Virus record (IMG/VR): IMGVR_UViG_3300025603_000010
Reading direction: 5' to 3' (one strand)
Source: an uncultured virus (IMG/VR IMGVR_UViG_3300025603_000010)
Lineage: Duplodnaviria > Heunggongvirae > Uroviricota > Caudoviricetes
DNA length: 64,000 bases
The position numbers and the translations under genes were made by a program. This document shows, one piece after another, positions 1-8,826 of the stretch; position 1 is the stretch's first letter, and each line of letters starts with the position of its first letter. The notes below the pieces were generated by a model. That model searched no databases and was not told the DNA's origin. It worked only from the letters and a program-made list of their open reading frames with translations.

Positions 1-149
1 CCTGAGAGAATCAGATTGGGTAGTGTTTCCTTGTCAACAAAGGATTGCAAGGAATTTTTTAGAGACTTAGGAAGTACGCATGACTTGATGTCTCGTGGCC
101 TGTAAAGTTCTGTCCAAAGAAACGTGTCTTTCATATTCAATTCTTTCAT
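1..149 (-). CDS. gp44: Clamp loader subunit, 5' part (runs off window; start 149 or 134)
   Basis: Manual translation M(KELNM)KDTFLWTELYRPRDIKSCVLPKSLKNSLQSFVDKETLPNLILSG, the RFC/gp44 N-terminus; downstream of gp45. Confidence 0.9.
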   Translation of the reverse strand, partial: MKELNMKDTFLWTELYRPRDIKSCVLPKSLKNSLQSFVDKETLPNLILS

Positions 150-166
150 TATATATTTAAATGTTA

Positions 167-745
167 TTACTGTTCGTTTGTTAATCTACGATATGATCTT
201 TTTTCTCTAAGACGATACCACTCTGTATGCTTAGGATTATCAATCCTTTTTCTTATAGACTTTGGTTTACCAATTGACTTATAGTGTTGCTCGGCCGAAG
301 CAATACTTGGATATTCAATACCTTCACATATTACAGGATAACTATTTTTTTTACCTATTGCGGTTTTCGATTCTTCTGTTAGTTTCTTACCAAGCATACC
401 ATAAGTAGCATATTCTGATTTTGGTTTTCTTGCGTGATACTCCTTCATTGATATCTTAAAGTTTTCAAAGTTGCTCGTATCTCCACCCTCACCCCCCTTA
501 GTCATATTCAATGTTGGCTTCAAAGTTTTAATCCAATATGCTTCATCGGGATTAAGAAGTCCATCCTCTTGTATAACTTTAATTGTAAAATTATCAATTC
601 CATATTTATTCATACTATTATACAGATGACTTTTGATATTGTATTTGGCATTATATTTATGAGATTGGAAGCGATGTTTTGCTGTAAACTTAGTATATCC
701 AATATAAAAATCGTTAGTAATAATATTCGTAATTTGATAAATCAT
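167..745 (-). CDS. Free-standing GIY-YIG homing endonuclease
   Basis: MIYQITNIITNDFYIGYT, later LNMTKGGEGG; own late promoter. Confidence 0.88.
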   Translation of the reverse strand: MIYQITNIITNDFYIGYTKFTAKHRFQSHKYNAKYNIKSHLYNSMNKYGIDNFTIKVIQEDGLLNPDEAYWIKTLKPTLNMTKGGEGGDTSNFENFKISMKEYHARKPKSEYATYGMLGKKLTEESKTAIGKKNSYPVICEGIEYPSIASAEQHYKSIGKPKSIRKRIDNPKHTEWYRLREKRSYRRLTNEQ

Positions 746-789
746 TTAAATCTCCGTTCCTACTACTATTTATAAAAACGGAGATTTAA
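746..789 (-). promoter_or_regulatory. Late promoter TATAAATA within a 13-bp hairpin covering the RBS
   Basis: TTAAATCTCCGTT / AACGGAGATTTAA perfect inverted repeat around TATAAATA (767-774). Confidence 0.85.
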
Positions 790-815
790 GGACGATAGTT
801 CTCAACTACCTCAAA

Positions 816-1478
816 TTAGGCATTGTAAGAAGATTCGGGTTCCAATGCAATCCAATACTGCACACCAAGTTTAGTGTTAGTAAAGTGACTAATCTTCTTA
901 GAGGACACTTCAACGTCATAAGAGCCGGGAATAAGTTTTAGGTTCTCAACCTTGAACCAGAACTTATAGTCAGCAGCAACATCACCAACATCCAGAGATG
1001 TCTCAAATGCGTTTGCAGTGCTGTTCTTCTTGTCAGTGACCATCAACTTACCACCAGCAAGTGCCATATCAGGAACACCGACAACCGCAGCGGCCTTAGT
1101 AATTCTGTCAAGAGTCTCACTGGATAGTGCAAACATCAACTCAGTCGAGGGCATCGAAATCTCTTTAGATGGAGTCGTCACCACGGATGGGTCAGAGAAC
1201 CAATATTTGAGAGATTCCGATGTTCCCTCTTCTGTGATAATAACAAAGTCATTATTAAATTCTAAATCGGGTTTTCCGAATAGAGAGAGTGCCGATAGGA
1301 ACTCATTCAAATCATAGATAGCAAAGTCACTGGGAAATTCCTCAGTAACATCTGCCTTCGCTACAATGTTCTTCATTGCAGACATAGTGGAAAGACTAGA
1401 ACCAGCCTTCACCATAAGGTTAGCGTTAATTGTAGAGAAGTTTTTCAGTACGGAGATAGTTTCAGTAGATAGTTTCAT
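816..1478 (-). CDS. gp45: DNA polymerase sliding clamp
   Basis: MKLSTETISVLKNFSTINANL...YWIALE; adjacent to gp44. Confidence 0.95.
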   Translation of the reverse strand: MKLSTETISVLKNFSTINANLMVKAGSSLSTMSAMKNIVAKADVTEEFPSDFAIYDLNEFLSALSLFGKPDLEFNNDFVIITEEGTSESLKYWFSDPSVVTTPSKEISMPSTELMFALSSETLDRITKAAAVVGVPDMALAGGKLMVTDKKNSTANAFETSLDVGDVAADYKFWFKVENLKLIPGSYDVEVSSKKISHFTNTKLGVQYWIALEPESSYNA

Positions 1479-1572
1479 TATTTTTCACCTTCAATATATG
1501 ACTTGTTAAAAGTCATACTATTATAAATAGTTTTATCATTTAGTGTATTAATACTAACACAAGGAAGAACAA

Positions 1573-2127
1573 ATGTCAAGTCACAAACACCATATAATTC
1601 CCCGTCATATGGGTGGTCTAAATCATTCATCAAACATAGTAGTCCTTTCCGTAGAAGAACACGCTGAAGCACACAGAAAACTATATGGAGAGCATGGTAA
1701 ATGGCAAGACAAGTTTGCCGCTGATATGTTATCTGGGCAAATCAAAAGTGATGATGTCCGTAGAGAGATTTGTAGAGCCAGAATGTTAAGTGATGATAAT
1801 CCCAGTAAAAACCCAGAAACTATGAAGAAGATACTTGAATCTAGAAAATGGTATAAACCTTCCCAAGAAACAAAAGAAAAAATGTCTGTATCAATGAAGG
1901 GAAAGAAAAAATCAAATACTGATAATATGAACAAATCCAAACTCAAAACCTACCTTGTGACAACGCCAGATGGGGAAGAACTAATCATAAACGATATGCC
2001 CAAGTTCTGTTCTACTAACAACCTACAAGCATCTCTGATGTATCAGGTTGCTAGTGGATACAATAATAGAAAAGCACATAAGAAGTTTAAGTGTCGCCTT
2101 CTTTATCATGAACAAACAGAGCAATAA
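1573..2127 (+). CDS. HNH homing endonuclease, opposite strand
   Basis: HKHHIIPRHMGG...NIVVLSVEEHAEAH; NUMOD-like SQETKEKMS; TATAAATA at 1522-1529. Confidence 0.88.
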   Translation: MSSHKHHIIPRHMGGLNHSSNIVVLSVEEHAEAHRKLYGEHGKWQDKFAADMLSGQIKSDDVRREICRARMLSDDNPSKNPETMKKILESRKWYKPSQETKEKMSVSMKGKKKSNTDNMNKSKLKTYLVTTPDGEELIINDMPKFCSTNNLQASLMYQVASGYNNRKAHKKFKCRLLYHEQTEQ

Positions 2128-2365
2128 TAGAATAATGAAGAATCTTGAGTAAATCATTTCTATTCTTTCCACCCTTTTTTCCATATCGTTGTGCATATTT
2201 CATGATGTTACCGATACAGAAACCTTCACCATGTCCACCATCGATGATGAACTCTGTAGCTTGATATTTGTTCTTGCTATAGTGTTCATCATATGTCGAG
2301 TCGATGTATTTTTGAAGTTCAACAAGTGTCTTACCTTCATTATATTTGTAATCATTCTTCGCCAT
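2087..2365 (-). CDS. Conserved phage protein, DUF3310-like
   Basis: HY...GFCIGNIMKYAQRYGKK...DLLKILHY pattern. Confidence 0.75.
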   Translation of the reverse strand: MAKNDYKYNEGKTLVELQKYIDSTYDEHYSKNKYQATEFIIDGGHGEGFCIGNIMKYAQRYGKKGGKNRNDLLKILHYSIIALFVHDKEGDT

Positions 2366-2966
2366 TATTAACCTTCATTTCATTAATAATATTTTTATAA
2401 TATTTTGTGAGTTCACGGTGAGAAGTTTTAGCATCCAGAAAACTAAACCATCCAGTAGCAATTGTTTTAGTTTGCGTTGGCGATATTACACCCCTATGTG
2501 TGTGGGTGAAATCTGTTGGCCAGATAGCAGTCAGCCCTCTTTTAGGTTTCACTTGTTTGCCTTGATACAACCATTGAGTTTCACCACCATCCTCAACATC
2601 ATTGAGGTATGTCATGAAGACAAGAGCCCTCTGATGTGTTAGATGAGTAGCACGTTCACAATGCCAAGAAGGAAATCCTTCGCCTGGTTCATAGTGTTGA
2701 ATAAGCCAAGGTTCGGCATATCCTATAGGAAAAGTAAAAGCATCATATTCTTTTCGATAACTTTCAACACACGATCCAAGGAAATTTAAATACTTCAAAA
2801 TAGTAGTATTACTAGAGTTTGGCCAAACTACAACATCGGTTGATTCTTTATCTCCACTGTCAGATAATCCACGCTGCTTATATTCAACACTATTGTCATA
2901 GTATTTGAGCATATCATCACATAATGATGTATCTTCCATCTGTATCATATGAATAAAATCGCTCAT
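2352..2966 (-). CDS. 2OG-Fe(II) oxygenase
   Basis: WHCE...YLNDVEDGGET...THTHRG...KTIATGW. Confidence 0.85.
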   Translation of the reverse strand: MSDFIHMIQMEDTSLCDDMLKYYDNSVEYKQRGLSDSGDKESTDVVVWPNSSNTTILKYLNFLGSCVESYRKEYDAFTFPIGYAEPWLIQHYEPGEGFPSWHCERATHLTHQRALVFMTYLNDVEDGGETQWLYQGKQVKPKRGLTAIWPTDFTHTHRGVISPTQTKTIATGWFSFLDAKTSHRELTKYYKNIINEMKVNNGEE

Positions 2967-3814
2967 TGCATCTCCACATTAATATTTGCAGAGAAAGTTC
3001 TACGTTCACCTTCACCAGCGAATGGCATAACAGCATGACGCAACCAAGCAGGAAATATAATCATAGTTCCAACTTCTGGTTTGACATATTCTTCTGTGAT
3101 AGGACGAAGCATATTAACATCACGCATACCGTTTACACCCCAACACAAATAAGTAAATCCATCAACAGCACCACTTGCACCATTGAGTCCTTGAAACCCC
3201 GGCGTGACACCAGCAGCAATCATTTCCTCAGATGGAAGGTTAATAGCTTCAATCTGAGGGGGAACCTTTAGAAAGAGAATGCAAGACAGGCCCATAAAAC
3301 TACGAGTGCCATGATCATGCAGAGGATTATAATCACCGGCATAACTATGAACAGTCCACATAGTTTGAATATCAGTCTTTATTTCTTTATCATCATCACC
3401 AGTATCGGCCAGAGTCTGTTTAATATATGTTTTAGCAAGTTGATTAAGAACATCAGCAAACTGCTCTCCAACTCCATAATTATGAGGAAATAACCATTGA
3501 GCAGATTTTTCATTTTGATTAATTTGGCCAACTAATCCACCTGACAAGTCTTGACCAGCAGGAACAATTACGTCATCGATATGTTGATTCAACTCATCAA
3601 CAATATTTAACGGAATTTCAGCTCTCATAATATTGACTGCTAACTTATTACGCATTGAAACCGAAATACCAGTACTAATATTTTCTACTTCTTCTTCAGA
3701 AGGTTTTTCTACAAAATCGTATTCTATAGAGGGATTAACCATTGACTTTGCTTCCGGGCTGTTTGGATCAACGAATCCGGGATCACCCACCATTCCTGTT
3801 GTAAAAGTTACCAT
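2963..3814 (-). CDS. Putative 2OG-Fe(II) oxygenase
   Basis: GDYNPLHDH...IFPAWLRHAVMPF..ERRTFSAN; GGAG before ATG 3814. Confidence 0.75.
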   Translation of the reverse strand: MVTFTTGMVGDPGFVDPNSPEAKSMVNPSIEYDFVEKPSEEEVENISTGISVSMRNKLAVNIMRAEIPLNIVDELNQHIDDVIVPAGQDLSGGLVGQINQNEKSAQWLFPHNYGVGEQFADVLNQLAKTYIKQTLADTGDDDKEIKTDIQTMWTVHSYAGDYNPLHDHGTRSFMGLSCILFLKVPPQIEAINLPSEEMIAAGVTPGFQGLNGASGAVDGFTYLCWGVNGMRDVNMLRPITEEYVKPEVGTMIIFPAWLRHAVMPFAGEGERRTFSANINVEMQ

Positions 3815-3848
3815 ATTATAAATCTCCACTATTAAATTTCATTCTTAT

Positions 3849-3889
3849 AATAATACACGAAAGGGGTCTAAAAGTCAAGACCCCTTTCG
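3849..3889 (-). promoter_or_regulatory. Sigma70-type promoter overlapping the hairpin at the end of hsp20
   Basis: TTGACT-N17-TATTAT; 12-bp inverted repeat 3858-3869/3878-3889. Confidence 0.65.
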
Positions 3890-3903
3890 CTACTATTTCA
3901 AAA

Positions 3904-4344
3904 TTATTTGATTGTAATTTTGCGAGGTTTCTTCTCCTCTGGAACAATACGCTCAAGGTTAATGTTGAGCATACCATTTTCGAGGGAAGCATCGTTCACC
4001 ACAATGTCATCTGCAAGGGTGAATTTCCGATTGAACTTACGATATGAGATTCCACGATAAATGTTGGAATCATTTTCATCATTATCTTTGATAGAACGAA
4101 CCGTAAGCAAACCTTCTGCTACTTCGATTTCAATATCATCCTTTGAAAAACCCGCCAAGGCCATTTCGATGGCATAAGTATATTCACCCCCTTTACGGAT
4201 GTTATATGGCGGGAACCCTGTTGACGCTGCATTATTTGTAGCGTATGCGTTAAGTTGATCAAAGACCCGATCAAATCCTACGGCGTAGGGTGTAAGTTGG
4301 TTGATATTGTCGAATAGACTTAGTGTTTTCACATTTGTAACCAT
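3904..4344 (-). CDS. hsp20: Small heat shock protein (Hsp20/IbpA family)
   Basis: FPPYNI...IEMALAGFSKDDI...YRGISYRKF...LENGML. Confidence 0.95.
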   Translation of the reverse strand: MVTNVKTLSLFDNINQLTPYAVGFDRVFDQLNAYATNNAASTGFPPYNIRKGGEYTYAIEMALAGFSKDDIEIEVAEGLLTVRSIKDNDENDSNIYRGISYRKFNRKFTLADDIVVNDASLENGMLNINLERIVPEEKKPRKITIK

Positions 4345-4435
4345 TTTGCTATCTCCTTATAAAAAGCAAGATTAAACGATGGACCCTTAATGGCATCCAC
4401 CTATTATATATAGGGATTGAAACATCATATTTCAA
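4345..4435 (-). promoter_or_regulatory. RpoH (sigma32)-type promoter plus ROSE-like RNA thermometer
   Basis: TTGAAA-N14-CCCTATAT; leader ends UCUUGCU-UUUUAUA-AGGAGA. Confidence 0.7.
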
Positions 4436-4453
4436 CCCCCAACATAATCTTTT

Positions 4454-5614
4454 TTAGAACGGGGGAGCTTCGGCTGGTGATCCAGCGTCAACTACGCTTT
4501 CTACTTCACCTTCACCAGTGATAATACCCGCATCAATCTTGGTGTAGAGGTCAAGGAATGAAACCTTTGTATCCTCATCAAACCGTGCGACACAGAGTTC
4601 GATGGCCTGCATCTTGTCACCAAAGATGGCGAACGCTTTCACAATGTGATCCAGACGGCGAGTAGAGATGACTTCATCAACACCACCATCGTAGAAGGTC
4701 TTGCGAATAACGTCAGCCCACGTTACGAGGTTCTTGGCGAACTCATCATCATCAACACCATACTTCTTCATGGCACCCTTAACGATTTTGGTTTCAACCG
4801 CAACCGAAGCGTAGGGCTGTTCCATCGTGATCGCAAAGCGTTCAAGGAACGCTTCATTGAGAATGTTAGTTCCAATGAACCGTCCATCATCTGAACCCTT
4901 GCCTTTAGTGTTGGCAGTGGCCATGACGTTGAAACCCGCTTTAGGCGTGACCCACTTGTTAATCTTCTTGAGGTAAACACCTTTACCCTCAAGGACAGGC
5001 TGCAAGCAGAGCAACTTGTTCGAACCTAGATCACACTCATCAAGGAGCAATGTGCAACCACGTTCCATCGCTTCGATCACAGGACCGGGAACGAACTTGG
5101 TTTCACCGCTCACAAGGCGGAAACCACCAAGCAGATCATCCTCATCAGTTTCGATGGTGATGTTGACCCGGATCAGTTCCTTATTGAGTTTGGCACAAAC
5201 TTCTTCAACCATCAGGGTCTTGCCGTTACCAGACAGGCCAGTGATGAAGATAGGATAGAACATCCCAGACTTGACAACTTTCTCAATCAGGGAGAAATTG
5301 CCCCAAGGCACGAAGCCTTCGAACTTAGCGGGAACGAGATTCTGTCTTTCCATATTTGTTGCAACCAGATTTACCATTGTCGCCTCTGCACCAGCAGGAG
5401 CAGCAGTGACAGGAGCAGCAACATTGCCACCCTCACTAGGTAATTTATACGCATTGTAACCAACGCTAAAATCATCACCCTTAAACCATGTCGGGAACGG
5501 CACACCGGCCTTCTCAGCAGCAGCGGTCTTCTCCGCTTTGGTAATAACGGCACCTTCACCGAACATTTCGGTAGCAGTGTCAACGAAGAGTTTCTTACGA
5601 GGGGATAGGTACAT
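4454..5614 (-). CDS. cobS: CobS-like/MoxR AAA+ ATPase (alternative GTG start 5641)
   Basis: Walker A GLSGNGKT, Walker B LLLDE, ATANTKG, NEAFLERF. Confidence 0.85.
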   Translation of the reverse strand: MYLSPRKKLFVDTATEMFGEGAVITKAEKTAAAEKAGVPFPTWFKGDDFSVGYNAYKLPSEGGNVAAPVTAAPAGAEATMVNLVATNMERQNLVPAKFEGFVPWGNFSLIEKVVKSGMFYPIFITGLSGNGKTLMVEEVCAKLNKELIRVNITIETDEDDLLGGFRLVSGETKFVPGPVIEAMERGCTLLLDECDLGSNKLLCLQPVLEGKGVYLKKINKWVTPKAGFNVMATANTKGKGSDDGRFIGTNILNEAFLERFAITMEQPYASVAVETKIVKGAMKKYGVDDDEFAKNLVTWADVIRKTFYDGGVDEVISTRRLDHIVKAFAIFGDKMQAIELCVARFDEDTKVSFLDLYTKIDAGIITGEGEVESVVDAGSPAEAPPF

Positions 5615-5649
5615 ATTCAATCTTTCTGTTTGTTTTCTCACTATAACTA

Positions 5650-5678
5650 ACTATACCATACGCAATAGGATTTGTCAA
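5650..5678 (-). promoter_or_regulatory. Early sigma70-type promoter
   Basis: TTGACA-N17-TATAGT. Confidence 0.8.
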
Positions 5679-5772
5679 AGGAATAATGACCCCTGATGTC
5701 GTTTTTTGATATTAGGTGTAAAGTGTGACATTTTTATCACAGGGCGTGGGCGTGACAGTAATTTTTCAACCA

Positions 5773-7986
5773 CTATGCCACCAACTTCACAAATTTATTG
5801 AGTAGGACACGGGAATCAACCTTACCCTTCATGGACTTACCAAAGGCAGTCTTCAGTTTTGACTTCGAAGCACCAATCAGATCGTCGCTCAAACCATCGT
5901 TCTCGACCATCATACCCTTCGCAGGAAGGACATACATCTCATCATAGCCCTTAGATGCGATAGCAAGGAACTTGTTTTTGTTGATGAACCGAACCTGCTC
6001 CATGATTTTATCCATAGTCATATCATTCTGTAGAGAATAAAGAGTGCGCTTGTCAACCCGGCCTGAGCGACCAGAACCCGCAATGTAGAACCCGATCAGG
6101 TTCATATCAGGAACACGGTCTTTGAGAATACGAAGCAAACCATCAGTCACATCATAACCATTAACTTCATAGGACTTCAAGGTCTTGGGGTCAGTGATCA
6201 TAATCTTACCACGAATGTCGTCAATGACCTTATCGTGTTCACCAGTATCACGATTTAAGCGATAATCGTAAACACCCGGCAGCCGGTTTGAGGCACCGTC
6301 AGTCAGGAAAATCGTGTTGACTTTCTGAACACCAGTTTCACGTTTGAACTTGGGAACGATTTCCATCATTGCAACGATTGCATCATTCAACGGAGTGCCA
6401 CCCAAATCAAGAAATCCGGGGAAGGTAGGACGAAGTGCAAAACTACCAGTATCAGTGTAGTATGAAGGGATCATCCAGAGAACTTCCATCATTGCAATTT
6501 CATCCTTAACGGACATTTTGCTAGAGAAGAAATTCAACAGTTTGAAATTATTCAGAACAAGGTCACCCGCCTTGAAATCTGGCATTTTTTCACAATCAGC
6601 ATAATAATTGGGAGATAGGGCTCGATTATCGCTGAACGCATAGACTTCAAAAGGAATCTGTGTCCGGCGGCAGAACCAAATCAGGTTGTACAGCTGGGAC
6701 AAAGTACCTTTCAGATTGTCATACATGGAACCGCTCCAATCGACAACCATCACCATGCCGTGGTTTGTAGCACCGGGCAGGGTGGTGACTTTCTTGAAGA
6801 GGTCTTCATTGTATTTGTAAGTGTGTAACCGTCCCATGTCGAGCGAACCCGTCTTGGAAACAGAAGCACGGGCATACTGGTCAGCAGCCTTCTTCATCTC
6901 AAATTCTTTGACCATGTAACCAACGGTCTTTTTAGAATCATCCTTGATCGCTGCAACTTCTGCCTTCTTCGCATTGACCCAATCAGTATAGTCTGAGTTA
7001 TTATAGTGAGCAGTTGCCCGTTCCACAATTACAGAGAAGGGTATAATCAGGTTTTCTTTAAGAGCAGGGATGCGGCCGTAGGTTCGAACAGCTGCGTTTT
7101 TATCAACCAGCATTTCACCAGCATTGTTCGCATCAGTATCGGTTTCTGCCTTGGGCGGTCCACCTCGGCCAGTAGACTCTACACCACCTTCTTCGGTAGT
7201 TTCGCCAGTTTCAGTTTCGGGATTGGCATCATCACCATCATTGGGAACATCATCAGTCCCACCAGTAGGAGCATCATTTCCATTTTCATCACCTTTATCA
7301 TCGGTAGGGGCATCACCCCCACCAGTTTCTTCACCATCGTCACCAGCAGAACCATCGCCCTCACCAGTTTCGCCTTCTTCACCTTCACCAGACTTACCGT
7401 TAGGATCAATCATGGTTTTCTCGTCATCACCACCTTCTTCTGGGGCGTTCTCTGCCATCCAAGCGTAGAGCTCTTCAGAGAGATTAAGAACGTCATCAGG
7501 AGTCTTGGTTTTTGCAACCCGCTTGACCCAGACCATTTCTTCCTCAGAAAAATCAACCTTCTGCTTCTTGAAGAACAGGTTGATCCGATCAATCAGGTTC
7601 AACTCAGAAACTTCCTTGTCGGCAATACCAAAGAAATCCTTGGCGGTCAAATCATTATATCCCCGATTGAAAACCGCAACAGAGCCGGGATAACGGTCCT
7701 GCACCATCCGTTCAATACGGGCATCTTCAACGATATTCACAAAAGAGTGATTAATCTTACGAACCGCAGCACTCTCTAGCATGTCGAGAGGCGTCCAGAG
7801 TGCGTGAGCAATCTCATGGCAAACCATCAGGTCATAGATATCTTTGGTCATCTCCTCATCCTTCCAGATGGGCAGACCCAGTTCCCGTGACTTGGGATTG
7901 AAATATGCCGTGTCCATCTTCTTGTGGACAACGAAGATATCCTCTTCAGCGAGGAGTTTTGCGAGTGTCGATTTATTTTTCATCAT
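5773..7986 (-). CDS. CobT-like protein: HExxH peptidase-like domain, acidic linker, vWA domain
   Basis: HEIAH; D/E/G-rich linker; MIDAS DWSGSM, GGTPL, FLTDG; next to AAA partner. Confidence 0.8.
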   Translation of the reverse strand: MMKNKSTLAKLLAEEDIFVVHKKMDTAYFNPKSRELGLPIWKDEEMTKDIYDLMVCHEIAHALWTPLDMLESAAVRKINHSFVNIVEDARIERMVQDRYPGSVAVFNRGYNDLTAKDFFGIADKEVSELNLIDRINLFFKKQKVDFSEEEMVWVKRVAKTKTPDDVLNLSEELYAWMAENAPEEGGDDEKTMIDPNGKSGEGEEGETGEGDGSAGDDGEETGGGDAPTDDKGDENGNDAPTGGTDDVPNDGDDANPETETGETTEEGGVESTGRGGPPKAETDTDANNAGEMLVDKNAAVRTYGRIPALKENLIIPFSVIVERATAHYNNSDYTDWVNAKKAEVAAIKDDSKKTVGYMVKEFEMKKAADQYARASVSKTGSLDMGRLHTYKYNEDLFKKVTTLPGATNHGMVMVVDWSGSMYDNLKGTLSQLYNLIWFCRRTQIPFEVYAFSDNRALSPNYYADCEKMPDFKAGDLVLNNFKLLNFFSSKMSVKDEIAMMEVLWMIPSYYTDTGSFALRPTFPGFLDLGGTPLNDAIVAMMEIVPKFKRETGVQKVNTIFLTDGASNRLPGVYDYRLNRDTGEHDKVIDDIRGKIMITDPKTLKSYEVNGYDVTDGLLRILKDRVPDMNLIGFYIAGSGRSGRVDKRTLYSLQNDMTMDKIMEQVRFINKNKFLAIASKGYDEMYVLPAKGMMVENDGLSDDLIGASKSKLKTAFGKSMKGKVDSRVLLNKFVKLVA

Positions 7987-7991
7987 ACCTT

Positions 7992-8020
7992 ACATTACCA
8001 TACGAAAGAGGTTTTGTCAA
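7992..8020 (-). promoter_or_regulatory. Early sigma70-type promoter, 5 nt from the ATG
   Basis: TTGACA-N17-TAATGT-AAGGT-ATG. Confidence 0.7.
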
Positions 8021-8033
8021 CAAGAATCTTAGC

Positions 8034-8189
8034 CTAGTTCCAAATTAATTCGCCAGTGACATTCGGAGTCTTCACAACGTATCCAAAGAAGAAACCTTTT
8101 GCTTCCTTGGCAGTCTCAAATTTCTTCTCGAAATTGATCTTACCATACAACTTGTATTTGACGGTATATCCTCGTGTTTTCTTAGTCAT
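8034..8189 (-). CDS. Small early hypothetical protein (51 aa, not in ORF track)
   Basis: MTKKTRGYTVKYKLYGKINFEKKFETAKEAKGFFFGYVVKTPNVTGELIWN; AAGGA RBS and upstream promoter. Confidence 0.7.
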   Translation of the reverse strand: MTKKTRGYTVKYKLYGKINFEKKFETAKEAKGFFFGYVVKTPNVTGELIWN

Positions 8190-8218
8190 CTCTATTTCCT
8201 TATTTCTTATCATACCTT

Positions 8219-8247
8219 ACAGTAACATACTGAGTAGGATAAGTCAA
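8219..8247 (-). promoter_or_regulatory. Early sigma70-type promoter
   Basis: TTGACT-N17-TACTGT-AAGGTAT. Confidence 0.65.
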
Positions 8248-8318
8248 AGGAATAATGATCCCTAATGTCGTTTTATCTGATATTTAGGGGAAGTGTGATA
8301 TATTTGTCACAATACCAC

Positions 8319-8648
8319 CTATATGAGCTTTTTCTTATCCCACAATGCAATGTTGGTAAACATTTCACCAGTGAGAACCGTTACAGCACAACCTATAACT
8401 TTATTCCACACCACGAAAACTGATTTTGTGTCCATGATTTTTATCTTAAAAATATCACAATCTCCCTTACCGCCCGGAACAAATTTTCCTGATTTAGAAG
8501 CATTTACGATAGCATTTGCCACTTCATTTTTAAAATCTACTACACCCATTTTCTTAGATATGTAGATAAAATCTTCTTTTTTGAAGCGCTCTTCAAACAT
8601 TGCGATTACATGAGATATGCAATTTTCTTTGTGTGTTTTCATAACCAT
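8319..8648 (-). CDS. Early hypothetical protein
   Basis: 109-aa ORF with AAGGA RBS downstream of a promoter. Confidence 0.65.
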   Translation of the reverse strand: MVMKTHKENCISHVIAMFEERFKKEDFIYISKKMGVVDFKNEVANAIVNASKSGKFVPGGKGDCDIFKIKIMDTKSVFVVWNKVIGCAVTVLTGEMFTNIALWDKKKLI

Positions 8649-8675
8649 TTCCTTTGTTTTCTCAGTTTATACCTT

Positions 8676-8704
8676 AGTATAGACTAAAAATCAGGCTTTG
8701 TCAA
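8676..8704 (-). promoter_or_regulatory. Early sigma70-type promoter
   Basis: TTGACA-N17-TATACT-AAGGTAT. Confidence 0.8.
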
Positions 8705-8720
8705 CAAAAATCGTAGCCGC

Positions 8721-8800
8721 TAAGTCATTGATTATAAAGGAAACTTGAAATTAATCATAAGTCATATGACCGTCATATGACTTAATCATAAGTCATTGAT
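8721..8800. repeat. Nested palindrome and direct-repeat element
   Basis: TAAGTCATATGAC-C-GTCATATGACTTA (8758-8784) flanked by two TAAGTCATTGAT copies. Confidence 0.85.
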
Positions 8801-8826
8801 AACAAAGGGAAATTTACTATCACGGA

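Noticed and set aside
7006..7779. Long plus-strand ORFs opposite the cobT-like gene and structural genes
   Set aside because: Antisense shadows of biased-codon genes with no recognisable motifs or RBS
8721..8800. Mini CRISPR array
   Set aside because: Repeats are only 12-15 bp, irregularly spaced, and lack spacer-sized unique sequences
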